Notes under the pieces: model-generated | Told to the model about the DNA's origin: nothing | The model's database searches: none | Seen by the model: the letters and a program-made list of their open reading frames with translations, nothing else | Part shown: positions 9,412 to 17,855 of the stretch, in pieces | How positions within the stretch are numbered: position 1 is the stretch's first letter | Layout of the letters: every line of letters starts with the position of its first letter | Assembly (NCBI GenBank): GCA_046759285.1 | Contig: JBHIBX010000001.1 | Coordinates: 1-35,203, forward strand | DNA: 35,203 nucleotides | Origin: Candidatus Omnitrophota bacterium | GTDB lineage: Bacteria; Omnitrophota; Gorgyraeia; Tantalellales; Tantalellaceae | Direction of reading: 5' to 3' | Translations under genes and position numbers: made by a program

Positions 9412-9857
9412 CAAAGCAGGAAAGAAAAGTTATAGCGGTGTCTGTCTCCGAGAAAAAGGGCGAGAAAAAAAAGAACGCCGATTCCGTTGGGCTAAAGAAA
9501 GATCACGGGATACTGGGTGACGCGCATGCGGGTCCGGGGAACAGACAGATAAGTCTTTTGGCCGAAGAATCAATAAACAAGATGAAGAAAAAGGGCCTTG
9601 ATGTGAACGCCGGGGATTTTGCTGAAAATATCACCACTAAGGGTATTGACCTGCTCACTCTCGATATAGGATCGAAAATAAGGATCGGATCCGGAGTTAT
9701 TCTTGAGATATCGCAAATAGGGAAAGAGTGCCATACCCGGTGCAGTATCTATTACCGGGCCGGTGACTGCGTCATGCCAAAAGAGGGAGTGTTCGCGAAG
9801 GTTTTAAACGGAGGGGCTATAAGGCCCGGAGACAAGATTACAACAGTTGGAGGATAA
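9408..9857 (+). CDS. MOSC domain protein
   Basis: GDAHAG...RQISLL...FAENITTKGIDL...ISQIGKECH pattern of the MOSC beta-barrel with its conserved Cys. Start overlaps the moaC stop. Confidence 0.75.
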   Translation: MTKQERKVIAVSVSEKKGEKKKNADSVGLKKDHGILGDAHAGPGNRQISLLAEESINKMKKKGLDVNAGDFAENITTKGIDLLTLDIGSKIRIGSGVILEISQIGKECHTRCSIYYRAGDCVMPKEGVFAKVLNGGAIRPGDKITTVGG

Positions 9858-9859
9858 AA

Positions 9860-10336
9860 ATGTATAAAGTAGCCGTATTGACCACAAGCGATAAATGCAC
9901 GAAGGGCGAACGAGAAGACAAGAGCGGAAAGATCGTGCAGGAACTCGCCCAAAAGATCCCGGGTGAGATCGTAAAGTATGAAGTAATTCCTGATGAACCC
10001 AGCTTGATAAAGGAAAAGCTCATTGATTATACCGACAATCTTAAAGTCGATGTAGTTCTGACTACAGGTGGGACCGGTTTCACAGCTCGGGACAATACCC
10101 CGGAAGCAACCAGAGAAGTTATTGAAAGGGAGGCCCCCGGTATTCCTGAGGCCATGCGCTCGGAGGGGTTCAAGATAACAAAAAGGGCCATGCTGTCAAG
10201 GGGAATAGCGGGGCTCAGGAAGAAGACGCTCATAATCAATCTGCCCGGAAGCTCCAGAGGAGCTAAAGAGTCGTTAGAGGCTGTGGTTGACGAATTATCG
10301 CACGGTCTTGATATGATAGCCGAGAGGGAACATTGA
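9860..10336 (+). CDS. moaB: molybdenum cofactor biosynthesis protein MoaB/Mog family
   Basis: MoCF_biosynth domain motifs: VAVLTTSDK, LTTGGTGFTARDNTPEAT and PGSSRGAKESL. Confidence 0.85.
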   Translation: MYKVAVLTTSDKCTKGEREDKSGKIVQELAQKIPGEIVKYEVIPDEPSLIKEKLIDYTDNLKVDVVLTTGGTGFTARDNTPEATREVIEREAPGIPEAMRSEGFKITKRAMLSRGIAGLRKKTLIINLPGSSRGAKESLEAVVDELSHGLDMIAEREH

Positions 10337-10337
10337 G

Positions 10338-10859
10338 ATGATAATTGTTCAATTATTTTTATCATTTTTCAGAGTAGGTCTTTTCGCCGTAGGAGGGGCT
10401 TATTCTTTTTTGCCCCTTATTGAGAGAGAGGTTGTCGAGAAATATCACTGGCTGGCAAAAGATGAATTCATAGAGATCTTAGGAGCTGTCAGAATATTGC
10501 CGGGCGCGATTTCCATTAAATACGCCAGCTATACCGGATATAAAATCGCAGGTATTCCCGGTATGATCGCAGCGAACCTTGGGAATTTGTTGGGTCCGGC
10601 GGTTTTAATTATTTTGGCCTTGGGTCTTTACATGAAATATAAAGATCTACCGTCTGTCAAAAACGCGTTTAACATGGTTCATTTGGCCGTATTCGCGATG
10701 ATAATCGCGGTAGCGTTTAAATTGGTAGATGTCAGGCAACTAATACAACTGAAAAGTTTATTGGTTGTGGTTATCTCATTTATTCTTTTTATTTACACAA
10801 AGGTCCACCCCGCTTTGATCATTATCGGTGCGGGAATCCTGGGCGCGGTTTTAAAATAG
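10338..10859 (+). CDS. short-chain chromate ion transporter (CHR) family membrane protein, single half
   Basis: 173 aa. FFRVGLFAVGGAYSFLPLIEREVV is the CHR-family signature region. Hydrophobic throughout, and no partner half-gene is adjacent. Confidence 0.7.
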   Translation: MIIVQLFLSFFRVGLFAVGGAYSFLPLIEREVVEKYHWLAKDEFIEILGAVRILPGAISIKYASYTGYKIAGIPGMIAANLGNLLGPAVLIILALGLYMKYKDLPSVKNAFNMVHLAVFAMIIAVAFKLVDVRQLIQLKSLLVVVISFILFIYTKVHPALIIIGAGILGAVLK

Positions 10860-10881
10860 AGATAACTCTTGCAAAAAAAAC

Positions 10882-10909
10882 TTGACAAGAAATAGTTCGC
10901 ATGTATAAT
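10882..10909 (+). promoter_or_regulatory. near-consensus sigma70-type promoter
   Basis: TTGACA at 10882-10887, a 16-nt spacer, and TATAAT at 10904-10909 preceded by TG. It lies 23 nt after the CHR gene stop. Confidence 0.6.
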
Positions 10910-10947
10910 TGGACATGTACAACGTAGTGTATATCATAAAAAGCAAG

Positions 10948-10980
10948 GAGGCGTTCTGAAGGAACGCCTCTTTTTATTTT
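10948..10980 (+). terminator. intrinsic terminator 1 in the asr leader, or end of a roughly 65-nt sRNA
   Basis: Perfect 9-bp stem GAGGCGTTC (10948-10956) / GAACGCCTC (10962-10970) with a 5-nt loop, then TTTTTATTTT. Confidence 0.75.
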
Positions 10981-11020
10981 AAGCGCATAGTGTTGCGCAA
11001 TTAGAAAAGTTCAACGTACG

Positions 11021-11071
11021 AACGCCCTTTCGGCCGCAAAGTTTAGCGGCCAAAAGGGCGTTTTTTATTTT
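11021..11071 (+). terminator. intrinsic terminator 2 in the asr leader
   Basis: 17-bp stem AACGCCCTTTCGGCCGC (11021-11037) / GCGGCCAAAAGGGCGTT (11046-11062) with 1 mismatch, then TTTTTATTTT. Confidence 0.75.
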
Positions 11072-11105
11072 ATGGCGCTAAGTTGAGTCGAGGGAGTAGC
11101 GAATC

Positions 11106-12131
11106 GTGGCAAATGGACTGAAAGCGGTGAAATTTAGCAAAGAAGAGGCGCAGTCGGTTTTCGATGAATTAAGCCGCCATTACAGGGTTGTAGCTCCCAT
11201 GGAAAAACCCGGCGAGGGCAGGCTTTCGGATACGGATCTTGTAACCTATGATGAAGTAAAGAGTTTTGACCAGATAGAATTTTCTAAACAGACATTTTTT
11301 TCAGCAAAATCTGTAGTGTTTCCTCTGCGTGAGACAATGTTCACTTTTCAGAAGAATAAACGAGAAGAATCGAATGAAGAAATGCTTCCAACGATAATCT
11401 TTCTACGTTCATGTGATATACACGCCATGGAGGTAATAGACATACATTTCCTGGAAGGCAACGACCTCGAGGATCCATATTACGAAAAGCGCCGGGAAAA
11501 GATAAAATTTTTCTTGATTGAATGCTGTGAGTCTTTCGAAAACTGTTATTGCGTTAGTTTGGGCACAAACAAAACTGAGAATTATTCGGCATTCATGAGA
11601 AAAAATGACCACGGATACGAAATCCGGGTAAAAGATAAGGAGTTGGAGGAATATTTCCCTTCTGGAGGAGGCATTGTTAAGGAGCCGCGGTTTGTAGAAA
11701 AGAATATGCGATCCGTTGAGATACCCGGGCAGATCGATGTTTCCCTTTTTGAAGATGATATTTGGAAAGAATATTCTCTTAGGTGTATTGCCTGCGGAAG
11801 ATGTAATACTTCATGCCCCACGTGCACATGCTTTAGCGTCCAGGATATCCTCTCTGAAGATGAGAACGCGTTACACCGGAGAAGAATATGGTCTTCATGT
11901 CACGTGAAAAACTTTGCTTTATTGGCTGGGAACCATGATTTTAGGATTAAAAACGGGGACAGGATGAGATACAGGACATTGCATAAAATAATGGATTTTA
12001 ACAAGAGAAACGGCCGTCAGATGTGTACGGGTTGCGGCCGGTGTGACGATGTGTGTCCAGTATATATAAGTATGTTTCTGTGTGTTGACAAAATAAATAA
12101 AGTTATGCACAAGAGGGAAAAGGATGAATAA
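11106..12131 (+). CDS. asrA: anaerobic sulfite reductase subunit A (4Fe-4S)
   Basis: GTG start with GAGGGAG upstream. 341 aa. C-terminal clusters CIACGRCNTSCPTCTC and CTGCGRCDDVCP. Followed by asrB and asrC. Confidence 0.85.
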   Translation: MANGLKAVKFSKEEAQSVFDELSRHYRVVAPMEKPGEGRLSDTDLVTYDEVKSFDQIEFSKQTFFSAKSVVFPLRETMFTFQKNKREESNEEMLPTIIFLRSCDIHAMEVIDIHFLEGNDLEDPYYEKRREKIKFFLIECCESFENCYCVSLGTNKTENYSAFMRKNDHGYEIRVKDKELEEYFPSGGGIVKEPRFVEKNMRSVEIPGQIDVSLFEDDIWKEYSLRCIACGRCNTSCPTCTCFSVQDILSEDENALHRRRIWSSCHVKNFALLAGNHDFRIKNGDRMRYRTLHKIMDFNKRNGRQMCTGCGRCDDVCPVYISMFLCVDKINKVMHKREKDE

Positions 12132-12924
12132 TATTTATGAAGCCACACCGATAAAGGTTTCACAGATAAGAAAGCATACTCCATCAGAATGGTCGTTTCT
12201 TCTGGCACATAGATTAGAGGAAGAACCGGGGAAGTTTGTTATGGTTTCTGTGCCCGGTGCCGGTGAAGTCCCTATCACTGTGAGCGGATTTACTCCTAAA
12301 GATATAGAGATTACAGTAAGAAATATAGGAAAAGTGACATCACACATTTTCAAAGTGAAACGTGGAGATTATCTTTACATAAGAGGTCCATATGGTAATA
12401 CGTTTTCTTTTGAAAAGTTCATTGGTAAACGTCTTCTCATTATAGCAGGAGGTTCTGGTATAGCTGCTGTTAAACCTGTGGTGGAATATTATTATCAACA
12501 CGATAAGTCTGCGTTGAGGAAACTGGACCTTCTGGTAGGTTTTAAGTCGCCCAAACATATTTTATTCCGGCGGGAACTTGAAATGTGGGCAAAAAAGCTT
12601 GACGTGAAGGTGACGGTAAGCACCCACGAAGATGAAGAGGAAGAATGGCAAGGGGGCATAGGGTTTGTGGTGGACTTTGTTAAACATGTAAAGGACATCG
12701 GCGAAGGAACGCATTGTATCCTTGTAGGCTCCCCGATGATGATGACAAATACGGTGAGGGAGCTCTTCCGCTTTAATGTGAAACAGGAGAATGTGTGGCT
12801 TTCCTTCGAACGGCACATGAAATGCGGTCTGGGTAAATGCGGACATTGCAGGATAAGAGATAAATATGTATGCACGGATGGCCCTGTTTTCAATTATGAA
12901 GAAGCAAAAGAGCTAATAGATTAG
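12124..12924 (+). CDS. asrB: anaerobic sulfite reductase subunit B (FAD/NAD-binding, 2Fe-2S)
   Basis: PyrK/AsrB-type ferredoxin-reductase fold (RGPYGN, LIIAGGSGIA) and C-terminal CGLGKCGHCRI...C 2Fe-2S motif. Overlaps the asrA stop. Confidence 0.85.
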   Translation: MNNIYEATPIKVSQIRKHTPSEWSFLLAHRLEEEPGKFVMVSVPGAGEVPITVSGFTPKDIEITVRNIGKVTSHIFKVKRGDYLYIRGPYGNTFSFEKFIGKRLLIIAGGSGIAAVKPVVEYYYQHDKSALRKLDLLVGFKSPKHILFRRELEMWAKKLDVKVTVSTHEDEEEEWQGGIGFVVDFVKHVKDIGEGTHCILVGSPMMMTNTVRELFRFNVKQENVWLSFERHMKCGLGKCGHCRIRDKYVCTDGPVFNYEEAKELID

Positions 12925-12948
12925 AGAAAGAGAAAGGGGGATGGATCA

Positions 12949-13722
12949 ATGTATTTAGAATCTGTAGAAATTATTTCCAAAGCGGCAAAGATAAAAATTG
13001 AATATCTTAAAAGGTCGCTGCTTTCCTACACGGTTTCTTCAATTTTGGCTGGAACTTATGTAGGAATTGGTGTGGTCCTGGTATTTTGTATAGGCGCTCC
13101 TCTGGCAGCGGCTAATTCGATATTCTTAAAGACTTTAATGGGGGTTTCCTTTGGAGTCGCTTTAACCCTTGTGGTTTTTGCCGGAGCGGAACTATTTACG
13201 GGGAATAATATGTTCATGGCCATAGGACTTGCAAAAAAGGAAGTTACGGGTGGAGAACTTTTAAAAGTGTGGACATTTTCTTGGATAGGGAACTTAGTAG
13301 GTTCTTTTTTGCTCGCTTACCTGGTGGTAAACTCAGGCGTAGTTTCTCATGCTGCTTCTTTTATAGAAAAGGTATCAATAGCAAAGATGAATATGCCTGT
13401 ATCTCAGTTATTCTTGCGTGGGATATTATGTAACTGGTTGGTTTGCCTGGCCTTATGGACATCCAGCCGAGCTAAAAGCGATACGGCAAAATGTATTTTA
13501 ATTTTCTGGTGCCTTTTTGCCTTTATTTCCAGTGGATACGAACATAGTATAGCTAATATGACATTATTGTCTATATCCCTTTTTTCTCCTCATGGTGCTA
13601 TGGTTTCATGGCTTGGGTTTACGAGAAATCTTTTTTATGTGACACTTGGCAATATTGTTGGAGGGGCTTTTTTTGTAGGGGCGCTTTATTGTATTGCAAC
13701 ATATAGAGAAGAGAGGGGGTAA
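12949..13722 (+). CDS. formate/nitrite transporter (FNT) family channel, hydrosulfide-channel-like by context
   Basis: FNT signatures FAGAELFTGNNM and YEHSIANM, with six TM segments. The gene is embedded between asrB and asrC. Confidence 0.85.
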   Translation: MYLESVEIISKAAKIKIEYLKRSLLSYTVSSILAGTYVGIGVVLVFCIGAPLAAANSIFLKTLMGVSFGVALTLVVFAGAELFTGNNMFMAIGLAKKEVTGGELLKVWTFSWIGNLVGSFLLAYLVVNSGVVSHAASFIEKVSIAKMNMPVSQLFLRGILCNWLVCLALWTSSRAKSDTAKCILIFWCLFAFISSGYEHSIANMTLLSISLFSPHGAMVSWLGFTRNLFYVTLGNIVGGAFFVGALYCIATYREERG

Positions 13723-13728
13723 ACCTCA

Positions 13729-14700
13729 GTGTATAATACAAAAAAAATAATAAAAAATGCTTTTCGTATATCCAAGATACGAGGTGAGGGCGCGATAAGA
13801 ATACGTGTGCCCGGGGGACATCTTGAAGCCCGGCACCTTGAAGTGATTAAAACCTTGGCTGAAAAATTTGGCAATGGAACAGTGCATTTAACAACTCGCC
13901 AGGGATATGAAATACCGGGAGTGAAACTGGCCGATCTGGAGAAAGTAAAAAAATATATGGCCCGGATGATCGATGATATCGAAAAAGAAAGCAACGTTAT
14001 CCTCGAAAATCCGGAGGAGGGATATCCTCAAGCTGGCACAAGAAACGTTTCCGCGTGTATAGGTAATCGTGTCTGCCAGTTTGCTAACTCTGACACTACG
14101 CTCCTTGCTCAAAAAATAGAAAACGTAATCTATCCGAACAATTTACATCTCAAGGTTGCTTTGGCCGCTTGTCCTAACGATTGCATCAAGGCTCATGTGA
14201 ACGATATTGGCATTATCGCGAACATTACTCCTGAATATGATGAAGAAAAATGCATAGCTTGTGAAGCGTGCATAGACAATTGCCAGGCAAGAGTTACTAA
14301 CGCGATGAGGATGGAAAATTATAAGGTAATAAGAGATGAGGAATACTGCATAAAATGCGGGGAATGTATTCTTAAGTGCCCTACCGGGGCACTTTCTCGG
14401 GGTAAACAATTATACCGGATAATCGTAGGGGGGAGGACCGGCAAGAAAAATCCCCGTTTAACCAATACCTTTATAGATGACGCTTCAGAAGAGGTCGTCC
14501 TGGCGGTTTGCAAAAATGTATACCACTTTATTGATAAATACATCTACCGTCACCTCCCTAAAGAGCTTATTGGGTATATTATAGACAGGGAAGGGTATGA
14601 AGTATTCACCAGAGAGGTTTTGAAAGGTGTAGAACTGAACCCGGAAGCAGAAGTATTAAAACCAGATAATCCCGGTTATTTTTATGCCGTCCGGCCCTGA
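13729..14700 (+). CDS. asrC: anaerobic sulfite reductase subunit C (siroheme/4Fe-4S catalytic subunit)
   Basis: GTG start. Sulfite/nitrite reductase cluster motif SACIGNRVC...ACPNDC plus an inserted ferredoxin domain (CIACEACIDNC, CIKCGECILKCP). Confidence 0.85.
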   Translation: MYNTKKIIKNAFRISKIRGEGAIRIRVPGGHLEARHLEVIKTLAEKFGNGTVHLTTRQGYEIPGVKLADLEKVKKYMARMIDDIEKESNVILENPEEGYPQAGTRNVSACIGNRVCQFANSDTTLLAQKIENVIYPNNLHLKVALAACPNDCIKAHVNDIGIIANITPEYDEEKCIACEACIDNCQARVTNAMRMENYKVIRDEEYCIKCGECILKCPTGALSRGKQLYRIIVGGRTGKKNPRLTNTFIDDASEEVVLAVCKNVYHFIDKYIYRHLPKELIGYIIDREGYEVFTREVLKGVELNPEAEVLKPDNPGYFYAVRP

Positions 14701-14800
14701 TGAGAGATCCACCCCATATTCAGTCTCCCAAATATGCCTTTTGTTTCCACCTAACAAGGTTCTTACTTGATGATAGATACTTTTATGAAAAAGGCAGAAA

Positions 14801-14809
14801 TGATATAAT
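14801..14809 (+). promoter_or_regulatory. candidate extended -10 promoter element for the TCA-type block
   Basis: TGATATAAT at 14801-14809 in the 160-nt AT-rich gap. No good -35 element. A second TATAAT lies at 14833-14838. Confidence 0.3.
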
Positions 14810-14860
14810 ATTGCGATATACACATTATTAATTATAATATTTTACGAGGAGGGAAAAGAG

Positions 14861-16624
14861 ATGAAAAAATACACACTCAAGAATGTAGAAACTCCGGAAC
14901 TTTATGAGGAAATTTTCAGGTACGATAAAGTTCCGAAGATCGTTTTTGATGATGAAACCGCAAAACTCGATCTTCCAAAAGATTTTTGGATTACCTGTAC
15001 AACTTTTCGTGATGGGCAGCAAGCGCGCCCGCCATATACCGTTGAACAGATCGTTGAGCTTTATAAATTTATGCACAGATTAGGAGGCGAGAAGGGCGTT
15101 ATCCGGCAATGTGAGTTTTTCCTTTATAGTGACAAAGATAAGGAAGCCGTTGATGAGTGCAGGAAGCTAGGATATAAGTATCCTGAGGTTACAGGCTGGA
15201 TCAGGGCGAAAAAGGAAGACTTTAAACTCGTCAAACAGATGGGACTTAAAGAAACAGGGATTTTAACTTCTGCTTCCGATTATCATATTTTCCTGAAGCT
15301 GGGCAAGACCCGCAAAGAGGCGATGGAAGGGTACCTCGAGGTCGTCAGGGCCGCTTTGGAAGAAGGCATCATTCCCCGTTGTCATCTGGAAGACTTAACC
15401 CGCGCGGACTTCTACGGCTTTGTAATACCTTTTGTTCAGGAATTGATGAAGCTTTCCGAAGAGAGCAAGATGCCCATAAAGGTAAGAGCGTGTGACACGC
15501 TCGGGTTCGGGATCCCTCATCCCCAGGCGTCTCTTCCAAGGGGCGTTCCAAAACTGATCCAGGGCCTGATAAAAGAAGGCGGCGTTCATTCCGAGCGCCT
15601 TGAATGGCACGGCCATAATGATTTTCATAAAGTCATAGCCAACGCAACGATCGCCTGGCTGTACGGGTGTTCCGCGGCAAACGGCACGCTTCTCGGGTTC
15701 GGGGAAAGAACGGGAAATCCCCCGATAGAGGGGCTTATAATCGACTACATTTCTCTAAAGGGTGATTTCAACGGGGTCGACACCAAGGTTATAACCGAGA
15801 TCGGAGATTACTTCAAGAAGGTGATCAAGGAGCCCGTTTCTAAAAATTATCCTTATGTTGGTGACGAGTTCAATGTCACACGTGCCGGCATTCATGCCGA
15901 TGGAGGAATAAAGAACGAGAGGATTTACAACATATTCGATACGAGAAAACTCCTAGACCGGCCCATAGGAGTCAGCATTACCGATAAATCCGGCGTAGCT
16001 GGAATAACCTACTGGATAAACAGCTTCTTTGATCTGAAAGGAAAAGATGTTGTCGATAAACAACATCCGGGGGTCAAGAGGATACATCAGCTGGTGGACG
16101 CGGAATACCAGAACAAGAGGACGACGAGCATATCAAACCAGGAGATGGTTACATTCACCAAGAAATGCCTGCCTAATCTTTTTGAATCCGAACTTGAAGA
16201 TCTTAAGTCTAAAGCGAAAGAACTGGCTTATGAGATGGTTACAAAAATTGTCAAGGACCCGGCAATCGTTTCAATGGATCCTAAAAAGCAGGAGCCGGTT
16301 CTGCACCAGGTTACCGACACGCACCCGTTTATCAAATTGATCTACGTGACAGACGCGAAAGGGAATAAGATCACAAAAAATATCACGCAAAAACATGATA
16401 CTGAGGCTTACCAGAAAGATTTCGATGAGTTCGGTAATTTTTCTGACCGCGAATGGTTTACCTGCGTCATGGATCAAATGGATACGTGTTTTACGGACCT
16501 TTATACTTCAAAATTTACGGGACTTTTATGTATTACCGTATCTGCGCCGATTCTTGACGACAAAGAAAGTATCATTGGAGTTCTAGGTATCGATATCAAG
16601 TTTGAGGACCTGATAAAGATTTGA
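14861..16624 (+). CDS. HMGL-family acetyl-CoA:2-oxoacid condensing enzyme (Re-citrate synthase / homocitrate synthase-like) with a C-terminal Cache/PDC-like domain
   Basis: TIM-barrel motifs TTFRDGQQ and HGHNDFH...ANGTLLGFGERTGN. The last ~120 aa (IKLIYVTDAKGNK...FSDREWF...LYTSKFTGLLCITVSAPILDDKESIIGVLGIDIKFEDL) follow the Cache-domain pattern. Confidence 0.75.
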   Translation: MKKYTLKNVETPELYEEIFRYDKVPKIVFDDETAKLDLPKDFWITCTTFRDGQQARPPYTVEQIVELYKFMHRLGGEKGVIRQCEFFLYSDKDKEAVDECRKLGYKYPEVTGWIRAKKEDFKLVKQMGLKETGILTSASDYHIFLKLGKTRKEAMEGYLEVVRAALEEGIIPRCHLEDLTRADFYGFVIPFVQELMKLSEESKMPIKVRACDTLGFGIPHPQASLPRGVPKLIQGLIKEGGVHSERLEWHGHNDFHKVIANATIAWLYGCSAANGTLLGFGERTGNPPIEGLIIDYISLKGDFNGVDTKVITEIGDYFKKVIKEPVSKNYPYVGDEFNVTRAGIHADGGIKNERIYNIFDTRKLLDRPIGVSITDKSGVAGITYWINSFFDLKGKDVVDKQHPGVKRIHQLVDAEYQNKRTTSISNQEMVTFTKKCLPNLFESELEDLKSKAKELAYEMVTKIVKDPAIVSMDPKKQEPVLHQVTDTHPFIKLIYVTDAKGNKITKNITQKHDTEAYQKDFDEFGNFSDREWFTCVMDQMDTCFTDLYTSKFTGLLCITVSAPILDDKESIIGVLGIDIKFEDLIKI

Positions 16625-16626
16625 TC

Positions 16627-16902
16627 ATGGAGAAGACCAAAAGCCAGAAGAAGTCAGGCGCTAAAATAACGATAAATGAAAAGTGGTGTAAGAGGTGCGG
16701 CATTTGCACCGCCTTTTGTCCTCAGGGAGTATTTGTCGAAGATGAATTTAAACTGCCCATAGTCAAATACCCGGAAAAATGCATAAAATGCATGCTATGC
16801 GTGGTGCGGTGCCCTGAGTTTGCAGTTGAAGTAGAAGCGATAGAGGAAGAAGAAAAGGGACGGGCAAAAAAAGAAACGAAAAAGAAAAAAAATAAAGGAT
16901 AG
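16627..16902 (+). CDS. korD: 2-oxoglutarate:ferredoxin oxidoreductase delta (2x[4Fe-4S]) subunit
   Basis: [12 protein letters not shown] and [12 protein letters not shown] motifs. About 90 aa with a Lys-rich tail. Overall D-A-B-G order matches oorDABC. Confidence 0.8.
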   Translation: MEKTKSQKKSGAKITINEKWCKRCGICTAFCPQGVFVEDEFKLPIVKYPEKCIKCMLCVVRCPEFAVEVEAIEEEEKGRAKKETKKKKNKG

Positions 16903-16907
16903 GTGTT

Positions 16908-17837
16908 ATGGATAAGAAAGTAACAGTTGTTGGAGCCGGATTTGTGGGTTCTACTTGCGCTAGACGTATTATCGAAAAAGATCTGGCGGATGTTATACTG
17001 GTCGATATTGTGGAGGGTATGCCTCAGGGAAAGGCGCTTGACCTCATGGAGTCCGCCCCTATCGAATGCTTTCAAGCAAAGATCACCGGAACAAATGATT
17101 ACAGCCAGACGGCCAATAGCGATATTGTTGTTATCACTTCGGGGATACCGAGAAAGCCCGGAATGAGTAGAGATGATCTATTGCAGACGAACGCCAAAAT
17201 TGTGTGCGATGTTGTTAAAAATGTCGCCGCTTCAAGTCCGGAAGCCATTTTGATCATCGTTACAAATCCGCTGGATGTCATGAGTTACCTGGCGCTTAAG
17301 ATTTCCGGTTTCTCGCCCAGCAGAGTGATCGGGATGGCCGGAGTTCTTGATTCTGCCCGCTACCGGTATTTCATTGCCGAGGCGCTCGGAGTTTCCCCGC
17401 AGGATGTACAGGCAATGGTCCTTGGCGGTCACGGCGATTCAATGGTGCCCTTGCCGCGTTATTCCACTGTGGACGGCATTCCTGTTACGCAGCTTCTCCC
17501 CGGGAAGAAAATCGAGGAGATAAACGAAAGGACGAGAAAAGGTGGAGCCGAGATCGTCGGGCTTCTCAAGACCGGTTCTGCTTATTACGCCCCCTCAGCT
17601 TCGGCTACCGAGATGGTCAAAAGCATACTCAATAATGAAAACAAGATCTTGCCGTGTTGCGTTTATCTCAATGGAGAATACGGTCTGAAGGATGTATATT
17701 GCGGCGTGCCAACTAAACTTTCGCGTAAAGGGATTGAAGAGATCGTCGAGATCAAATTGACTGACGAGGAAAAGGCATCTCTTAAAAGGTCAAGCGATGC
17801 TGTAAAAGATAATATTAAAAAATTAAATTTGGGATGA
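16908..17837 (+). CDS. mdh: malate dehydrogenase (LDH-like family)
   Basis: VVGAGFVGS Rossmann motif, [14 protein letters not shown] with the Arg typical of MDH specificity, and the catalytic GGHGDS region. Confidence 0.88.
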   Translation: MDKKVTVVGAGFVGSTCARRIIEKDLADVILVDIVEGMPQGKALDLMESAPIECFQAKITGTNDYSQTANSDIVVITSGIPRKPGMSRDDLLQTNAKIVCDVVKNVAASSPEAILIIVTNPLDVMSYLALKISGFSPSRVIGMAGVLDSARYRYFIAEALGVSPQDVQAMVLGGHGDSMVPLPRYSTVDGIPVTQLLPGKKIEEINERTRKGGAEIVGLLKTGSAYYAPSASATEMVKSILNNENKILPCCVYLNGEYGLKDVYCGVPTKLSRKGIEEIVEIKLTDEEKASLKRSSDAVKDNIKKLNLG

Positions 17838-17855
17838 AAATCAAACTGGAAATAG

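Noticed and set aside
10915-10959. 14-codon ORF (MYNVVYIIKSKEAF) ending inside terminator 1, as a possible attenuation leader peptide.
   Set aside because: Its ATG coincides with the predicted transcription start, so there is no RBS. The codon content shows no informative amino-acid run. The support is too weak.
10860-11105. Moco or another known riboswitch in the asr leader.
   Set aside because: I could not match the region to any riboswitch consensus I can recall. This needs a covariance-model scan and is left as an unclassified regulatory leader.
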